Origin: Candidatus Lustribacter sp.
GTDB lineage: Bacteria > Vulcanimicrobiota > Vulcanimicrobiia > Vulcanimicrobiales > Vulcanimicrobiaceae
Reading direction: 5' to 3'
NCBI GenBank assembly: GCA_965277805.1
Contig: OZ255842.1
Span: forward strand, 1,344,001-1,408,000
DNA: 64,000 nucleotides
Both the position numbers and the translations under genes were made by a program. The notes beneath the pieces were generated by a model. It saw only the letters and a list, made by a program, of their open reading frames with translations, made no database searches and was not told the DNA's origin. Position 1 is the stretch's first letter, and each line of letters begins with the position of its first letter. Of the stretch, positions 29,052-38,285 are shown in pieces.

Positions 29052-29891
29052 TTAGGTCGGTTGGGGTGATGCTGACGGCACGTAGGCCGGAGTGGGTGTG
29101 ATTTCCGGCGCCGGCGACGCGGAGGGCGAGGGCGCCGCTGACGGCGACGCGGTTGGTGACGGCGACGGACTCGGCGGCGGCACGCACGGCTGCGGCAGTA
29201 TTTGCGCGTGTAGTCCCTTTGCGATCGTCGTCTCGATCGGGCCCGGTGTGGGGGTCGCAGTCGCTGACGGCGCCGGCGAAGGTGCGGCTGACGGCGACGC
29301 TGCATCGGCGTCCGGCGGCGCTTGACCGGTCGCGGCCGCATCGGGCGTCGCGGTCGCTACGGGGGACGGGGTCGCGCATGGGACGGCCGGCGCGTAGTAA
29401 TGTTCGGTAAAGCCGATCGCGATGTCGCGCTTGAGCGTCTTGCCGAAATAGCTGTCGGGAAACATGTGTACTAGGCGGTTGAGGTAGATCCACGCACGAT
29501 CCTGATTCGCCTTGATCCAGATCTTGCGCTCGACTTGCACCGCCAGAAAATATGTGCGCGCGAGCTGCGGATCGCGCGGGTATTTGCGCGCCCAGTCGTT
29601 CAGCGCGTCCTCCGCCAGCGCGATTTTGTTGACGATATTTTGGTCCGTCGTGTGATCGCCCGACGAGATCGCCGCATCGCGAAACGTATTGTTCATGCCG
29701 AGGAAGCTCATCTTCAGGCGACCGAAGTATTCATCACCCGGGGCGGAGTTCTTGAAGCGTTCGCGTTCGGCTTGTTGCCACTTCGTTAGTTTCGCCGGCG
29801 GCGGCGGCGCCGGCGCCGCGCTCGCTGCAATAGCGGTGACGGCGAGCGCGGCAAAAATTGCGGGCAAAGACGGCTTCACCGGCCGCCTCAT
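29052..29891 (-). CDS. Secreted hypothetical protein with helical domain and Pro/Ser/Ala/Thr-rich tail
   Basis: Signal peptide; APGDEYFGRLKMSFLGMNN..WARKYPRDP; long PS/PT repeats. Confidence 0.7.
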   Translation of the reverse strand: MRRPVKPSLPAIFAALAVTAIAASAAPAPPPPAKLTKWQQAERERFKNSAPGDEYFGRLKMSFLGMNNTFRDAAISSGDHTTDQNIVNKIALAEDALNDWARKYPRDPQLARTYFLAVQVERKIWIKANQDRAWIYLNRLVHMFPDSYFGKTLKRDIAIGFTEHYYAPAVPCATPSPVATATPDAAATGQAPPDADAASPSAAPSPAPSATATPTPGPIETTIAKGLHAQILPQPCVPPPSPSPSPTASPSAAPSPSASPAPEITPTPAYVPSASPQPT

Positions 29892-29991
29892 TTGAAGCGC
29901 GCGCGCGGCCTCCTGGAGGCCCAAGCGGGCGGTAGCAACGGGGTGTCCCGGCTGGGCAGCGAAGGCAATCGGACGCTTATCAGGAGGCCGT

Positions 29992-30209
29992 CAGGATGCA
30001 TCGCCGGCACCCGCCCCGGCGCCGGTGGAGCATTTCGTCATGGTCGAGGGCACCGTCACCGGCAAGACGTTCAACGAGCTCACGCCGGGCGCCGCAACCG
30101 GAGGCTTCGGCGTCCGCGCGGCGGCTGAAGTGCCGGTGATCGACGTCATCACGGCCCGTCCGACGCGCTTCACAACGCGCTCTTCATGGGTGCCGGCCTG
30201 AAGTTCTAG
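29992..30209 (+). pseudogene. Possible internally deleted remnant of an outer-membrane/surface protein
   Basis: One frame reads QDASPAPAPAPVEHFVMVEGTVTGKTFNELTPG..VRAAAEVPV; another frame ends HNALFMGAGLKF*; no suitable start. Confidence 0.4.
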
Positions 30210-30218
30210 CGAGAAGTC

Positions 30219-31166
30219 TTAGCGGGCCGGCGCCCAGATCAGCGACGTCGCTGCGACCGGTGCCTGGCCCGAGTACTTCGCCGCGGTGTTGATCGGCGGC
30301 TGAACCAGCCGCGGCTCGAGCGTCACCGCGTACGGTACGCGGTTCATGCGGTCGACGATCGTGGGATCGAGCTTGAGGTACTTGAGCAGGATCGCGGCCG
30401 ATTCTTTGTGGTGCGCGTTGGCCCAGAGCGCCGTGCGATGCATGACGGTCCCGAAGCGCAGCGCGACGTCGGCGTGCGACGCGAGCCACGATTCGGTGGC
30501 GATCCAGCCGGTGGCTTGATAGCGCGGGGCCACGCTTTCGGCGGCCCGCGCGAGGATGTGCAGATCGCCGGCACCGGCGGTCAAGAACGGCTCGATCACG
30601 TACGCCGCATCGATGCGGCGTTGCGCGATCGCGGCCGACATTGCGGGAAACGGCAGCTCGATAAACTTCACGTCGGCGGACTTGCCGCCGTTCTTGTCGA
30701 TCCAGGCGCGGGTCGCGAAGTAGGTGAGATCGTTGAGACCGCTGACGGCGACCACTTTGCCGTTGAGGTCGGCGGCCTTCTTGATCGGTGAATCTTTGAT
30801 CGTCACGAGCGCCGCGGTCGGCGAGGCGGCGTCGTAGAGCCCGGCCGGGGCGATGTAGAGAATCGGAATGCCCTTGCCGCGCGCATCGGCAACCGATCCG
30901 ACCACCGCGTTCCCGATATCGCCGCCGCCGCCCGCGAGCGCCGCGATGATCGCACCGCTATTCGTCATCGCGGTGATCCGCACGTCGAGACCGGCATCTT
31001 TGAAATAGCCCAAGTCCTGCGCGTAGTACACTTCGGCCGAATTGTCGGCCGGCAAGTTGATGAGGTTGATGATGGCCGGTGCGTCGGCAGCGCGGGTTGC
31101 GGTGGTGACGCCGAGCGTCAAGACCGCTGCCAGCAGCGCAATGGTGAGTCGTCGAGTTGCGATCAT
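30219..31166 (-). CDS. ABC substrate-binding protein, SsuA/NMT1 type (tandem copy B)
   Basis: YYAQDLGYFKDAGLDV, DLNGKVVAV, WANAHH. Confidence 0.88.
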   Translation of the reverse strand: MIATRRLTIALLAAVLTLGVTTATRAADAPAIINLINLPADNSAEVYYAQDLGYFKDAGLDVRITAMTNSGAIIAALAGGGGDIGNAVVGSVADARGKGIPILYIAPAGLYDAASPTAALVTIKDSPIKKAADLNGKVVAVSGLNDLTYFATRAWIDKNGGKSADVKFIELPFPAMSAAIAQRRIDAAYVIEPFLTAGAGDLHILARAAESVAPRYQATGWIATESWLASHADVALRFGTVMHRTALWANAHHKESAAILLKYLKLDPTIVDRMNRVPYAVTLEPRLVQPPINTAAKYSGQAPVAATSLIWAPAR

Positions 31167-31169
31167 GTC

Positions 31170-32120
31170 CTACTTTGCGGGTGCCCAGATGAGTGAGTTG
31201 GCCGGAACGGCCGGTTGGCCCGTATACTTCGCGGCGGTGTCGATCGCCGGCTGAATCAACGATTGTTCGAGCGCGAGCGCGTAAGGCGCGCGATACATCT
31301 TGGCCGCGACCACCGGATCGACTTTCAAGACTTTCTCCAAGATCTCGGCCGACTCTTTATGATGCGCGTTTGCCCAGATGGCCGTGCGGTGGATGGCGGC
31401 GCCGAAGCGCAGCGCAACGTCGCCGTGGGAGGCGAGCCACGATTCGGTCGCGATCCAGCCGGTGGCCATGTAGCGGTTCGCAACCCCGGTCGATGCGCGG
31501 GCCAGCAAACGAGTGTCGCCCAAGCCGGCGGTGTAGAACGGCTCGACCGTGTAGGCGGCATCGACGCGATGGCTGACGACCGCGATCGCCATTTGCGGAA
31601 ACGGCAGCTCGACGTACTTCGAATCGGCCGAGTTACCGCCGTTCTTGTCGATCCATCCGCGCGTGGCGAAGTACGTTAGGTCGTTGAGGCCGCTGACCGC
31701 AATGGTCTTGCCCTTCAGGTCGGCGGCGGTTTTGATCGGCGAATCTTTCGCGACGATCAGCGCGGCCGTCGGCGAGGCGATGTCGGACATCCCGGCCGGT
31801 GCCAAAAAGAGAACTGGGATACCCTTGCCGCGCGCATCGGCCACCGACCCGACGACGGAGTTGCCGATGTCGCCGCCGCCGCCGGCGAGTGCTGCGATGA
31901 TCGCGCTGCTATTGGTCATCGCGGTGATGCGCACGTCGAGACCGGCGTCTTTGAAGAAGCCCATCTCTTGCGCGTAATAGACCTCGGCCGAGTTGTCGGC
32001 GGGGAGGTTGATCAGGTTGATGACGGTGAGCGGGGCATCGGCGGCGCGACCGGCCGGCGCGATCCCGAAAGAAAGTGCGGCTGCGAACAGCGCAAAGGTG
32101 AGCCGTCGAAGGTGTTTCAC
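31170..32120 (-). CDS. ABC substrate-binding protein, SsuA/NMT1 type (tandem copy A)
   Basis: GTG start with AGGAG SD; colinear with and very similar to 30219-31166. Confidence 0.88.
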   Translation of the reverse strand: MKHLRRLTFALFAAALSFGIAPAGRAADAPLTVINLINLPADNSAEVYYAQEMGFFKDAGLDVRITAMTNSSAIIAALAGGGGDIGNSVVGSVADARGKGIPVLFLAPAGMSDIASPTAALIVAKDSPIKTAADLKGKTIAVSGLNDLTYFATRGWIDKNGGNSADSKYVELPFPQMAIAVVSHRVDAAYTVEPFYTAGLGDTRLLARASTGVANRYMATGWIATESWLASHGDVALRFGAAIHRTAIWANAHHKESAEILEKVLKVDPVVAAKMYRAPYALALEQSLIQPAIDTAAKYTGQPAVPANSLIWAPAK

Positions 32121-32196
32121 GGAGGAAGTCTCCTGCCGGGAGGCCCGGCTTCCCTCCCAGCCATCTCTATATGGCGTGTGACACTGTAGGCGGTGC

Positions 32197-33630
32197 ATGC
32201 GGATTGCGTCCCGGCATTACACCGACGAAGGGCATCTCGCCGCGATCGACGGGCGTCTGGTTCAGACCCCGGACGCGGTGGACGCGCTCTTCGAGCGCGC
32301 ATGCTGCCTCGAAGACCTCGGCTCCGACGACGCCGCGCCGGCGTACCTGGCCGTCCTGGCGCGCGATCCGCACCATCTCGGCGCGCTGACCAACCTCGGC
32401 TTGCTCGTGACCCAGCGGGGCGATGCTGCCAGCGGGCGTGCCCTGTTCACCCAAGCCCTCACGCATCATCCGCGCGCACCGATCGCGCACGTCAATCTGG
32501 GCCATGCGCTGCTCGAGCAGGGCGAAGTCGACAGTGCCGAGGCGCAGTTCGACGCCGCGCTGGCGGTGGATCCGGATTTCTTTGCCGCGCACCACGGTTT
32601 GGCGCTGCTCTACGAGCGCGCCGGCGATGCGGTCCGCGCCGATCGGCAGTTGGAGCGCGCGTTCGATAAACGCAGCGCATGGACGCTGCCGTATAACGGG
32701 GCGGGGCCGCCGCTGCGCGTGCTGCTGCTCGTTTCGGCGCGCGGCGGCGACATCGTGACGCATCCGTTTCTGGACGATCGCATCATGCAGACCACGATGT
32801 TCGTGCCCGAAGGTTTTCGCTACGGCACCGTTTTGCCGCGACACGACGTGGTGTTCAACGGAATCGGCGACGCCGACCGCTGCCGGACCTCGCTCGAACG
32901 CTCGCGCGCGATCCTGGCGCAATCGCCCGCCAAAGCGATCAACGATCCGCAGCGCGTGCTCGCCACCGCGCGCGATAAGACGGCGGCGCTGATGGGGGCC
33001 GTTGCCGGGGTCACGGTACCGCGCACCGAGCGCATCGCGCGCCGCGATGTGGGCGTGGAAGGCTTGATGCACCGCGGCTGGCGGTTTCCGCTGCTGCTCC
33101 GCGCGCCGGGCTATCAAGCCGGGCGCTATTTCGAGCGCGTCGACGAACCCGCCGCACTCGCGACGGCGCTCGCGCGCGTGCCGGGCGAAGAGTTGTTCGC
33201 GATCGAGTTCATCGATCTGCGCGATGTGCAGGGCGACGTGCGCAAGTACCGCGTGCTCTTCATCGACGGCCGGCTCTACCCGGTGCATCTGGCGATTTCC
33301 ACCCATTGGAAGGTGCACTACTTTTCTGCGAACATGGCCGAGCGCGACGAACATCGCGCCGAAGAAGCGCGTTTCCTCACCGATATGACGGGCGTGCTCG
33401 GCGCGCGCGCGCTGGCCGCGCTCGAGGGCATCGGGCGCGCGCTCGCGCTCGACTACGGCGGGATCGACTTCGGCATCGATGCCGCCGGCAACGTCGTCGT
33501 GTTCGAAGCCAACGCGACGATGGCGGTCTATCCGCCTGCGGGGGAGCAGTTTGCGTACCGCCGGCCCGCCTACGACGCCGTCATCGCCGCCGTCAGACGT
33601 TTGATTGCCGAGCGCGCGTCAGCGCACTAG
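32197..33630 (+). CDS. TPR-repeat protein with C-terminal ATP-grasp (RimK-like) domain
   Basis: TPR helices (ALTNLG, AHVNLG, AHHGLA); FPLLLRAPG, RKYRVLFIDG, LDYGGIDFG..VFEANA. Confidence 0.75.
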   Translation: MRIASRHYTDEGHLAAIDGRLVQTPDAVDALFERACCLEDLGSDDAAPAYLAVLARDPHHLGALTNLGLLVTQRGDAASGRALFTQALTHHPRAPIAHVNLGHALLEQGEVDSAEAQFDAALAVDPDFFAAHHGLALLYERAGDAVRADRQLERAFDKRSAWTLPYNGAGPPLRVLLLVSARGGDIVTHPFLDDRIMQTTMFVPEGFRYGTVLPRHDVVFNGIGDADRCRTSLERSRAILAQSPAKAINDPQRVLATARDKTAALMGAVAGVTVPRTERIARRDVGVEGLMHRGWRFPLLLRAPGYQAGRYFERVDEPAALATALARVPGEELFAIEFIDLRDVQGDVRKYRVLFIDGRLYPVHLAISTHWKVHYFSANMAERDEHRAEEARFLTDMTGVLGARALAALEGIGRALALDYGGIDFGIDAAGNVVVFEANATMAVYPPAGEQFAYRRPAYDAVIAAVRRLIAERASAH

Positions 33631-34814
33631 CGATCGAGCGGATCGGTTGCGCGCGGGTAGGTCACGATCTCGACGTTGACGTACTGACCGTTGCGCCTTT
33701 CGGTGCGGCGGATATACACGGTCTGCACGATGTCGCGCGACTCCTTGCCGATCTCGATCGGGCCGCGCGGGCTCTCGAAGTTCATGCCGGCGAGCAACTG
33801 CATCGTGCGGTCGGGATCGAGGCTGCCCTTTTGCGCGGCGGTCACGTTGTAGATCGCGTGCATGATATCGTAGATCGCAACGCTGTTGTAATCGGGCGGG
33901 GCTTCGCCCTTGTCTTGTTTCTCCACTTCCTTGACGAACGCGTCGTTGAGCTTCGAGGCGTGGTTGGCCGAATAGTTGCCGGTACTGATGATCCCATCGG
34001 CCATGTCGCCGTACGTCGGCAGAAAGCTCTCGAGCACGAGGCCGGGCGTCGCGAGGATCTTCACGCCCGCTTGCGCGAGCCCGGCGTCGTAGAAGGCCTT
34101 GAGAAACGGCTGCCCGCCGCCGTTGGCGTTGACGAACGCGAACACCGCCTGCGGCTTCGCGTCTTTGATCCGCTGCACGTAACCCGAAAAATCCGGGTTC
34201 GTGAGCGGCACCTTCACCTCGCCCGCCAGCGTACCGCCGCCCGACGCAAAGGCTTGTTCGAAGCCGGTCGCGGCGTCGATGCCGGGTGCGTAGTCGAGGT
34301 AGATCGCGAACACCGACTTGAGACCGTTCTGCAGCGCCCAGCGTGCCAGCGGCGCGCTCAATTGCGGCAGCGTCAAGCTGAAGCGCGCCATGTACGGATC
34401 GCCGTGCGTGATCTTCGACTGCGTTGCGTTCATGACGAGGAAGGGCGTCTTTGATTGCGCCGAAACTTGCCCGACCGCCACCGCATTCGGTGAGAAGATG
34501 ATGCCGGCGAGGAAATCGACCTTATCGCCGACGACGAGTTCCTGCGCTTGGCGCTTGGCCACTTCGGGTTGCGGCCCCGTATCATCGCGCCGGATCACGA
34601 CGACTTTGCGCCCGGCGATGGTGTCGCCGTGCTGTGCGATCCAGGAGTTGATCGCCGCATCGGCAACGCGCGATGCGGCGGCGGTCGAGCCCGAGTAGCT
34701 CGTGATAAACCCGATCTTGAGCGGCGGTTGATCGGCGCCCGCGGTGCCGCCGGCCACGTTCGCAGCGGCGATCCCGAAGACCGCCAGCGCTAGCGTCACA
34801 TAACGTCGAGTCAT
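33627..34814 (-). CDS. ABC substrate-binding protein, branched-chain/aromatic-acid (LivK-like) type
   Basis: LKIG, RRDDTGPQPEVAKRQAQELV, DYAPGID, ESPRGPI; GGAGG SD. Confidence 0.88.
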   Translation of the reverse strand: MTRRYVTLALAVFGIAAANVAGGTAGADQPPLKIGFITSYSGSTAAASRVADAAINSWIAQHGDTIAGRKVVVIRRDDTGPQPEVAKRQAQELVVGDKVDFLAGIIFSPNAVAVGQVSAQSKTPFLVMNATQSKITHGDPYMARFSLTLPQLSAPLARWALQNGLKSVFAIYLDYAPGIDAATGFEQAFASGGGTLAGEVKVPLTNPDFSGYVQRIKDAKPQAVFAFVNANGGGQPFLKAFYDAGLAQAGVKILATPGLVLESFLPTYGDMADGIISTGNYSANHASKLNDAFVKEVEKQDKGEAPPDYNSVAIYDIMHAIYNVTAAQKGSLDPDRTMQLLAGMNFESPRGPIEIGKESRDIVQTVYIRRTERRNGQYVNVEIVTYPRATDPLDR

Positions 34815-34910
34815 CGAAGCATCCTCCGAAAGCATCATTGGGAGGGCGGTACCGGCCCCTTCACGACACGCTAGTGGACTCCCGCGTACCCCCGGCGAAG
34901 CGCTCGGCTC

Positions 34911-36074
34911 ATGAAGCGTAATCCCGACCGAATCCTCGTCACGCACGCCGGCGCGCTCCCGCGCTCGGAAGAACTGCGCGAACTGATCTTTGCCCGTGCC
35001 GACGGCAAGCCGCACGATGCGGCGGCCTTGAAGGCGATGCTTAAGCGCGACGTGGCGGCCGTCGTGAAGAAACAAATCGCCTGCGGCATCGACGTGGTGA
35101 ACGATGGCGAACTGGGCAAGACCAACTTCACCAACTACGTGCGCGAGCGCGTTTCCGGCTTCGAGCACCGCGAACGCACGCCCGGTGAATACCGCACGCA
35201 GCACAGCATCTCGGCCCGCGACGAGACAGAGTTCGCGGAATACTTCAAACTGGTCGGCGGCGGCTTCCGCAATCGCAGCCCGCGCTTGCACCTCGTGTGC
35301 AACCAGGAGCTGAGCTACGTCGGCCAAGCCGACCTCGATGAGGATCTGAGCAACTTCCGCGCGGCGCTCGAGGGCGTCGACGTCGCCGGTGCGTTTATCA
35401 ACGCCAACACGCCGGGAACGATCGAGCATTGGCTGAGCAACGACTACTATCCGAACGAAGAAGCGTTTCTCTACGCGATCGCCGAGTGCATGCGCGTCGA
35501 ATACAATGCGATCGTCGCGGCCGGCTTCGACCTGCACGTCGACAATCCGGACTTACCGGACGCCTGGCAGATGTATCCCGACATGACGGTCGAGCAGTAC
35601 CGCGATTACGCGAAGCTGCGCGTCGCGGTGCTCAATCACGCGCTGCGCGACATCCCGGCCGACAAGGTCACGCTGCACTGCTGCTGGGGCAGTTTCCACG
35701 GCCCGCACAAGTTCGACATCCCGCTCGAACACATCGCCGACATCATCTTCAGCGTGAAGGCAACGCGCTTCTCGATCGAGGCGTCGAACCCGGCGCACGA
35801 ACACGAGTGGGCCGTCTTCAAAGACGTGAAACTGCCCGATGGCGCGATGCTCATCCCCGGCGTCGTGGGGCACTGCACGAACTTCATCGAGAACCCGCGC
35901 CTGGTCGCCGAGCGGCTCGAGCGCTACGCGAACCTCGTCGGCAAGGAAAACGTCATGGCCGGCACGGATTGCGGCATCGGCCCGCGCGTGGGTCATGAGA
36001 ACATCTGCTGGGCGAAATTCGAGTCAATGCGCGACGGCGCGAAACTGGCGACCAGCGAACTCTGGAGGTCGTAA
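34911..36074 (+). CDS. Cobalamin-independent methionine synthase II family Zn enzyme (single barrel)
   Basis: THAGALPR, NDGELGK, Zn ligands LHCCWG, E and TDCG. Confidence 0.88.
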   Translation: MKRNPDRILVTHAGALPRSEELRELIFARADGKPHDAAALKAMLKRDVAAVVKKQIACGIDVVNDGELGKTNFTNYVRERVSGFEHRERTPGEYRTQHSISARDETEFAEYFKLVGGGFRNRSPRLHLVCNQELSYVGQADLDEDLSNFRAALEGVDVAGAFINANTPGTIEHWLSNDYYPNEEAFLYAIAECMRVEYNAIVAAGFDLHVDNPDLPDAWQMYPDMTVEQYRDYAKLRVAVLNHALRDIPADKVTLHCCWGSFHGPHKFDIPLEHIADIIFSVKATRFSIEASNPAHEHEWAVFKDVKLPDGAMLIPGVVGHCTNFIENPRLVAERLERYANLVGKENVMAGTDCGIGPRVGHENICWAKFESMRDGAKLATSELWRS

Positions 36075-37339
36075 TGCTCACGCCGAAAGAGAACGAACGG
36101 CTCACGCTCACGGGTCCCGGCACGCCGGGCGGCGATTTGCTGCGCCGCTATTGGCAACCCGTGGCGCTCTCGAGCGAACTGCGGCCGTTCGCGCCGATCC
36201 CGACCAAGCTCATGGGCGAAGATCTGGTGCTCTTTCGCGACGACGATGGCCAGCCGGGCCTGCTCGGGCGAACGTGTCCGCATCGCGGGGTCGACCTGAG
36301 CTTCGGTCGCTGTGAAGACGGCGGGCTGCGATGCGTCTATCACGGGTGGCTCTTCGCGCGCGACGGCGCGGTGCTGGAACAGCCGGGAGAGCCGGCCGAA
36401 AGCACGTTCCGCAATCGCGTGCGCCAGAAAGCTTACCCGTGCGTTGAGAAAAACGGGCTGATCCTCACCTATATGGGGCCGGGCGACCCGCCGGCGTTCC
36501 CGACTTTACCGTTCTTCGATCTGCCGGCGGAACAAGTGTGGGCGACGCGCATCATGCAGGAGTGCAACTACCTGCAAGGGCTGGAAGGCGACGTCGATCC
36601 GCAGCATCTTTCGTTTCTGCACCGCTTCCTCAACGTCGCGCCGGACGCCGTCCGCGACACGACGACGTTCACCGCGAAAGATCCGGCGCCCGAAATTCTC
36701 GTCGAGGAGACGACGTTCGGTTTCCGGATTTACGCCTTGCGCGATGCCGATGAAGAGCAGCGCTACGTGCGCGTGACCAACTTCGTCATGCCCAACAACT
36801 CGGCATTCGCGGCCGGGCCGCCGGTCGATCCCAAGACCAAGAAACTCGGGCGCAACACGCACTACCGCATGCACTGGCACGTTCCGGCCGACGACGTCAC
36901 GCATTGGAAGTACGAGATGGCGGTGCGGCTCGACGGTCCGGTCGACCGCGACTACATGGCCCGCATCTTTCCGCACGCGCCGGGCGAGCCGCTCGAGCGC
37001 AATTTGCACAACCGCTATCTGCAAGATCGCAACGAACAGCGCACCAAAACGTTCACCGGCATCGGCAACGTGTTCAACGATCACGACCGGCTCGCGACCG
37101 AAAGCATGGGCCCGATCTTCGACCGCTCGCAAGAACATCTGGGCGCGACCGATCGCGGCGTGACGCTGCTGCGGCGCATGCTGCTGCGCGCGCTCGACGA
37201 GGTGGAAGCGGGCCGCGATCCGCTGGCCGTGCAGCGCGTGCCGCAGCCCGATCCGTACGACGGTCTGGTCGTGATCGAACAGTTCGTTCCGAAAAGCCGC
37301 GACGTGCACGGGTTCTGGAACGCGGAAGTGCGCGCGTGA
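36074..37339 (+). CDS. Rieske non-heme iron oxygenase alpha subunit (phthalate 4,5-dioxygenase/LigX-like)
   Basis: LLRRYWQP, CPH..CVYH Rieske motif, DPQHLSFLH, EHLGATD. Confidence 0.9.
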   Translation: MLTPKENERLTLTGPGTPGGDLLRRYWQPVALSSELRPFAPIPTKLMGEDLVLFRDDDGQPGLLGRTCPHRGVDLSFGRCEDGGLRCVYHGWLFARDGAVLEQPGEPAESTFRNRVRQKAYPCVEKNGLILTYMGPGDPPAFPTLPFFDLPAEQVWATRIMQECNYLQGLEGDVDPQHLSFLHRFLNVAPDAVRDTTTFTAKDPAPEILVEETTFGFRIYALRDADEEQRYVRVTNFVMPNNSAFAAGPPVDPKTKKLGRNTHYRMHWHVPADDVTHWKYEMAVRLDGPVDRDYMARIFPHAPGEPLERNLHNRYLQDRNEQRTKTFTGIGNVFNDHDRLATESMGPIFDRSQEHLGATDRGVTLLRRMLLRALDEVEAGRDPLAVQRVPQPDPYDGLVVIEQFVPKSRDVHGFWNAEVRA

Positions 37340-38262
37340 AGCGTGCCGCAGCCCTCGCGCTGCTGGCCGCCGCGAGCGCGGCACCGCTGGCCGCGCAAAC
37401 GCTCGCACCGGTGCGGATCGGCACCTCGCTCAGCGATCCGTTCCTCGAGCCGTACTACGGCGTCGATCAGGGATTTTTCGCGAATGCCGGCATCAACGCC
37501 GACGTGCAAGCGCTGGCGAACGGATCGACGATCATGGCGGCGGTGCTCGGCGGCGCGCTAGATACGGGCAATACCGATCTCACGCAGCTGGCTAACGCCT
37601 ACAATCGCGGGGTCGACGTCGGCGTGTTAGCCGCCGGCGCGATCTACGATTCGAAGCTGCCCACGATTTCGCTCGTCGTGCGCAAAGACAGCCCGCTCAA
37701 ATCGCCCAAGGATTTCGAAGGCCAGATCATCGCCGTTCCCAACTTGAAGTCGACCGGCGGGATAGCGATATCCGAATGGCTGATCCGTGGCGGGGCCGAC
37801 CTCTCCAAGGTCAAGTTTTTCGAAATGCTCTTTCCCGAGATGGGTCCGGCGCTGGCGTCGGGCCGCGTTTCCGCGGCGCTCAACGGCGAACCGTTCTTGA
37901 CCGATGCGAAGAACGACATCCGCCGGATCGTCAACCCGTACGACTACGTTGCGAAGAACTTCTACACCGGCGTGTGGTTTGCGAAACGGAGCTGGCTCAA
38001 CGCCAACGTCGCCGCGGCGAAAGCGTTCACCGCGGCGATGTACACGACCGCGCGCTGGGCGAACTCGCACCAGAGCGATTCGGCCGTGATCGCGGCCCGG
38101 CTCACCAAGCTCGACGTGCAGAAGGTGCGCTCGTTCGTGCGCAACACGTTCTCCACATCGCTCGACGTGCGGTACGCGCAGCCGTTGCTCGACCTCGCCT
38201 TCAAGTACAAGCTGATCGACAAAGCCACGTCGGCGTCCGACCTGTTCTGGACCCCTGCCTAG
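37336..38262 (+). CDS. ABC substrate-binding protein, SsuA/NMT1 type
   Basis: GTGA overlap with the Rieske gene; GFFANAGI, FPEMGPAL, ARWANSH. Confidence 0.85.
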   Translation: MKRAAALALLAAASAAPLAAQTLAPVRIGTSLSDPFLEPYYGVDQGFFANAGINADVQALANGSTIMAAVLGGALDTGNTDLTQLANAYNRGVDVGVLAAGAIYDSKLPTISLVVRKDSPLKSPKDFEGQIIAVPNLKSTGGIAISEWLIRGGADLSKVKFFEMLFPEMGPALASGRVSAALNGEPFLTDAKNDIRRIVNPYDYVAKNFYTGVWFAKRSWLNANVAAAKAFTAAMYTTARWANSHQSDSAVIAARLTKLDVQKVRSFVRNTFSTSLDVRYAQPLLDLAFKYKLIDKATSASDLFWTPA

Positions 38263-38285
38263 TGGATTCACGGAACGTGAATCGA

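Noticed and set aside
29060-29400. Repetitive GC-rich sequence as a CRISPR or repeat array
   Set aside because: It encodes the Pro/Ser/Ala/Thr-rich tail; no fixed-length repeat-spacer pattern and no cas genes
29991-30173. 60-aa minus-strand ORF as a real gene
   Set aside because: No SD or motifs; the plus strand shows more protein-like sequence
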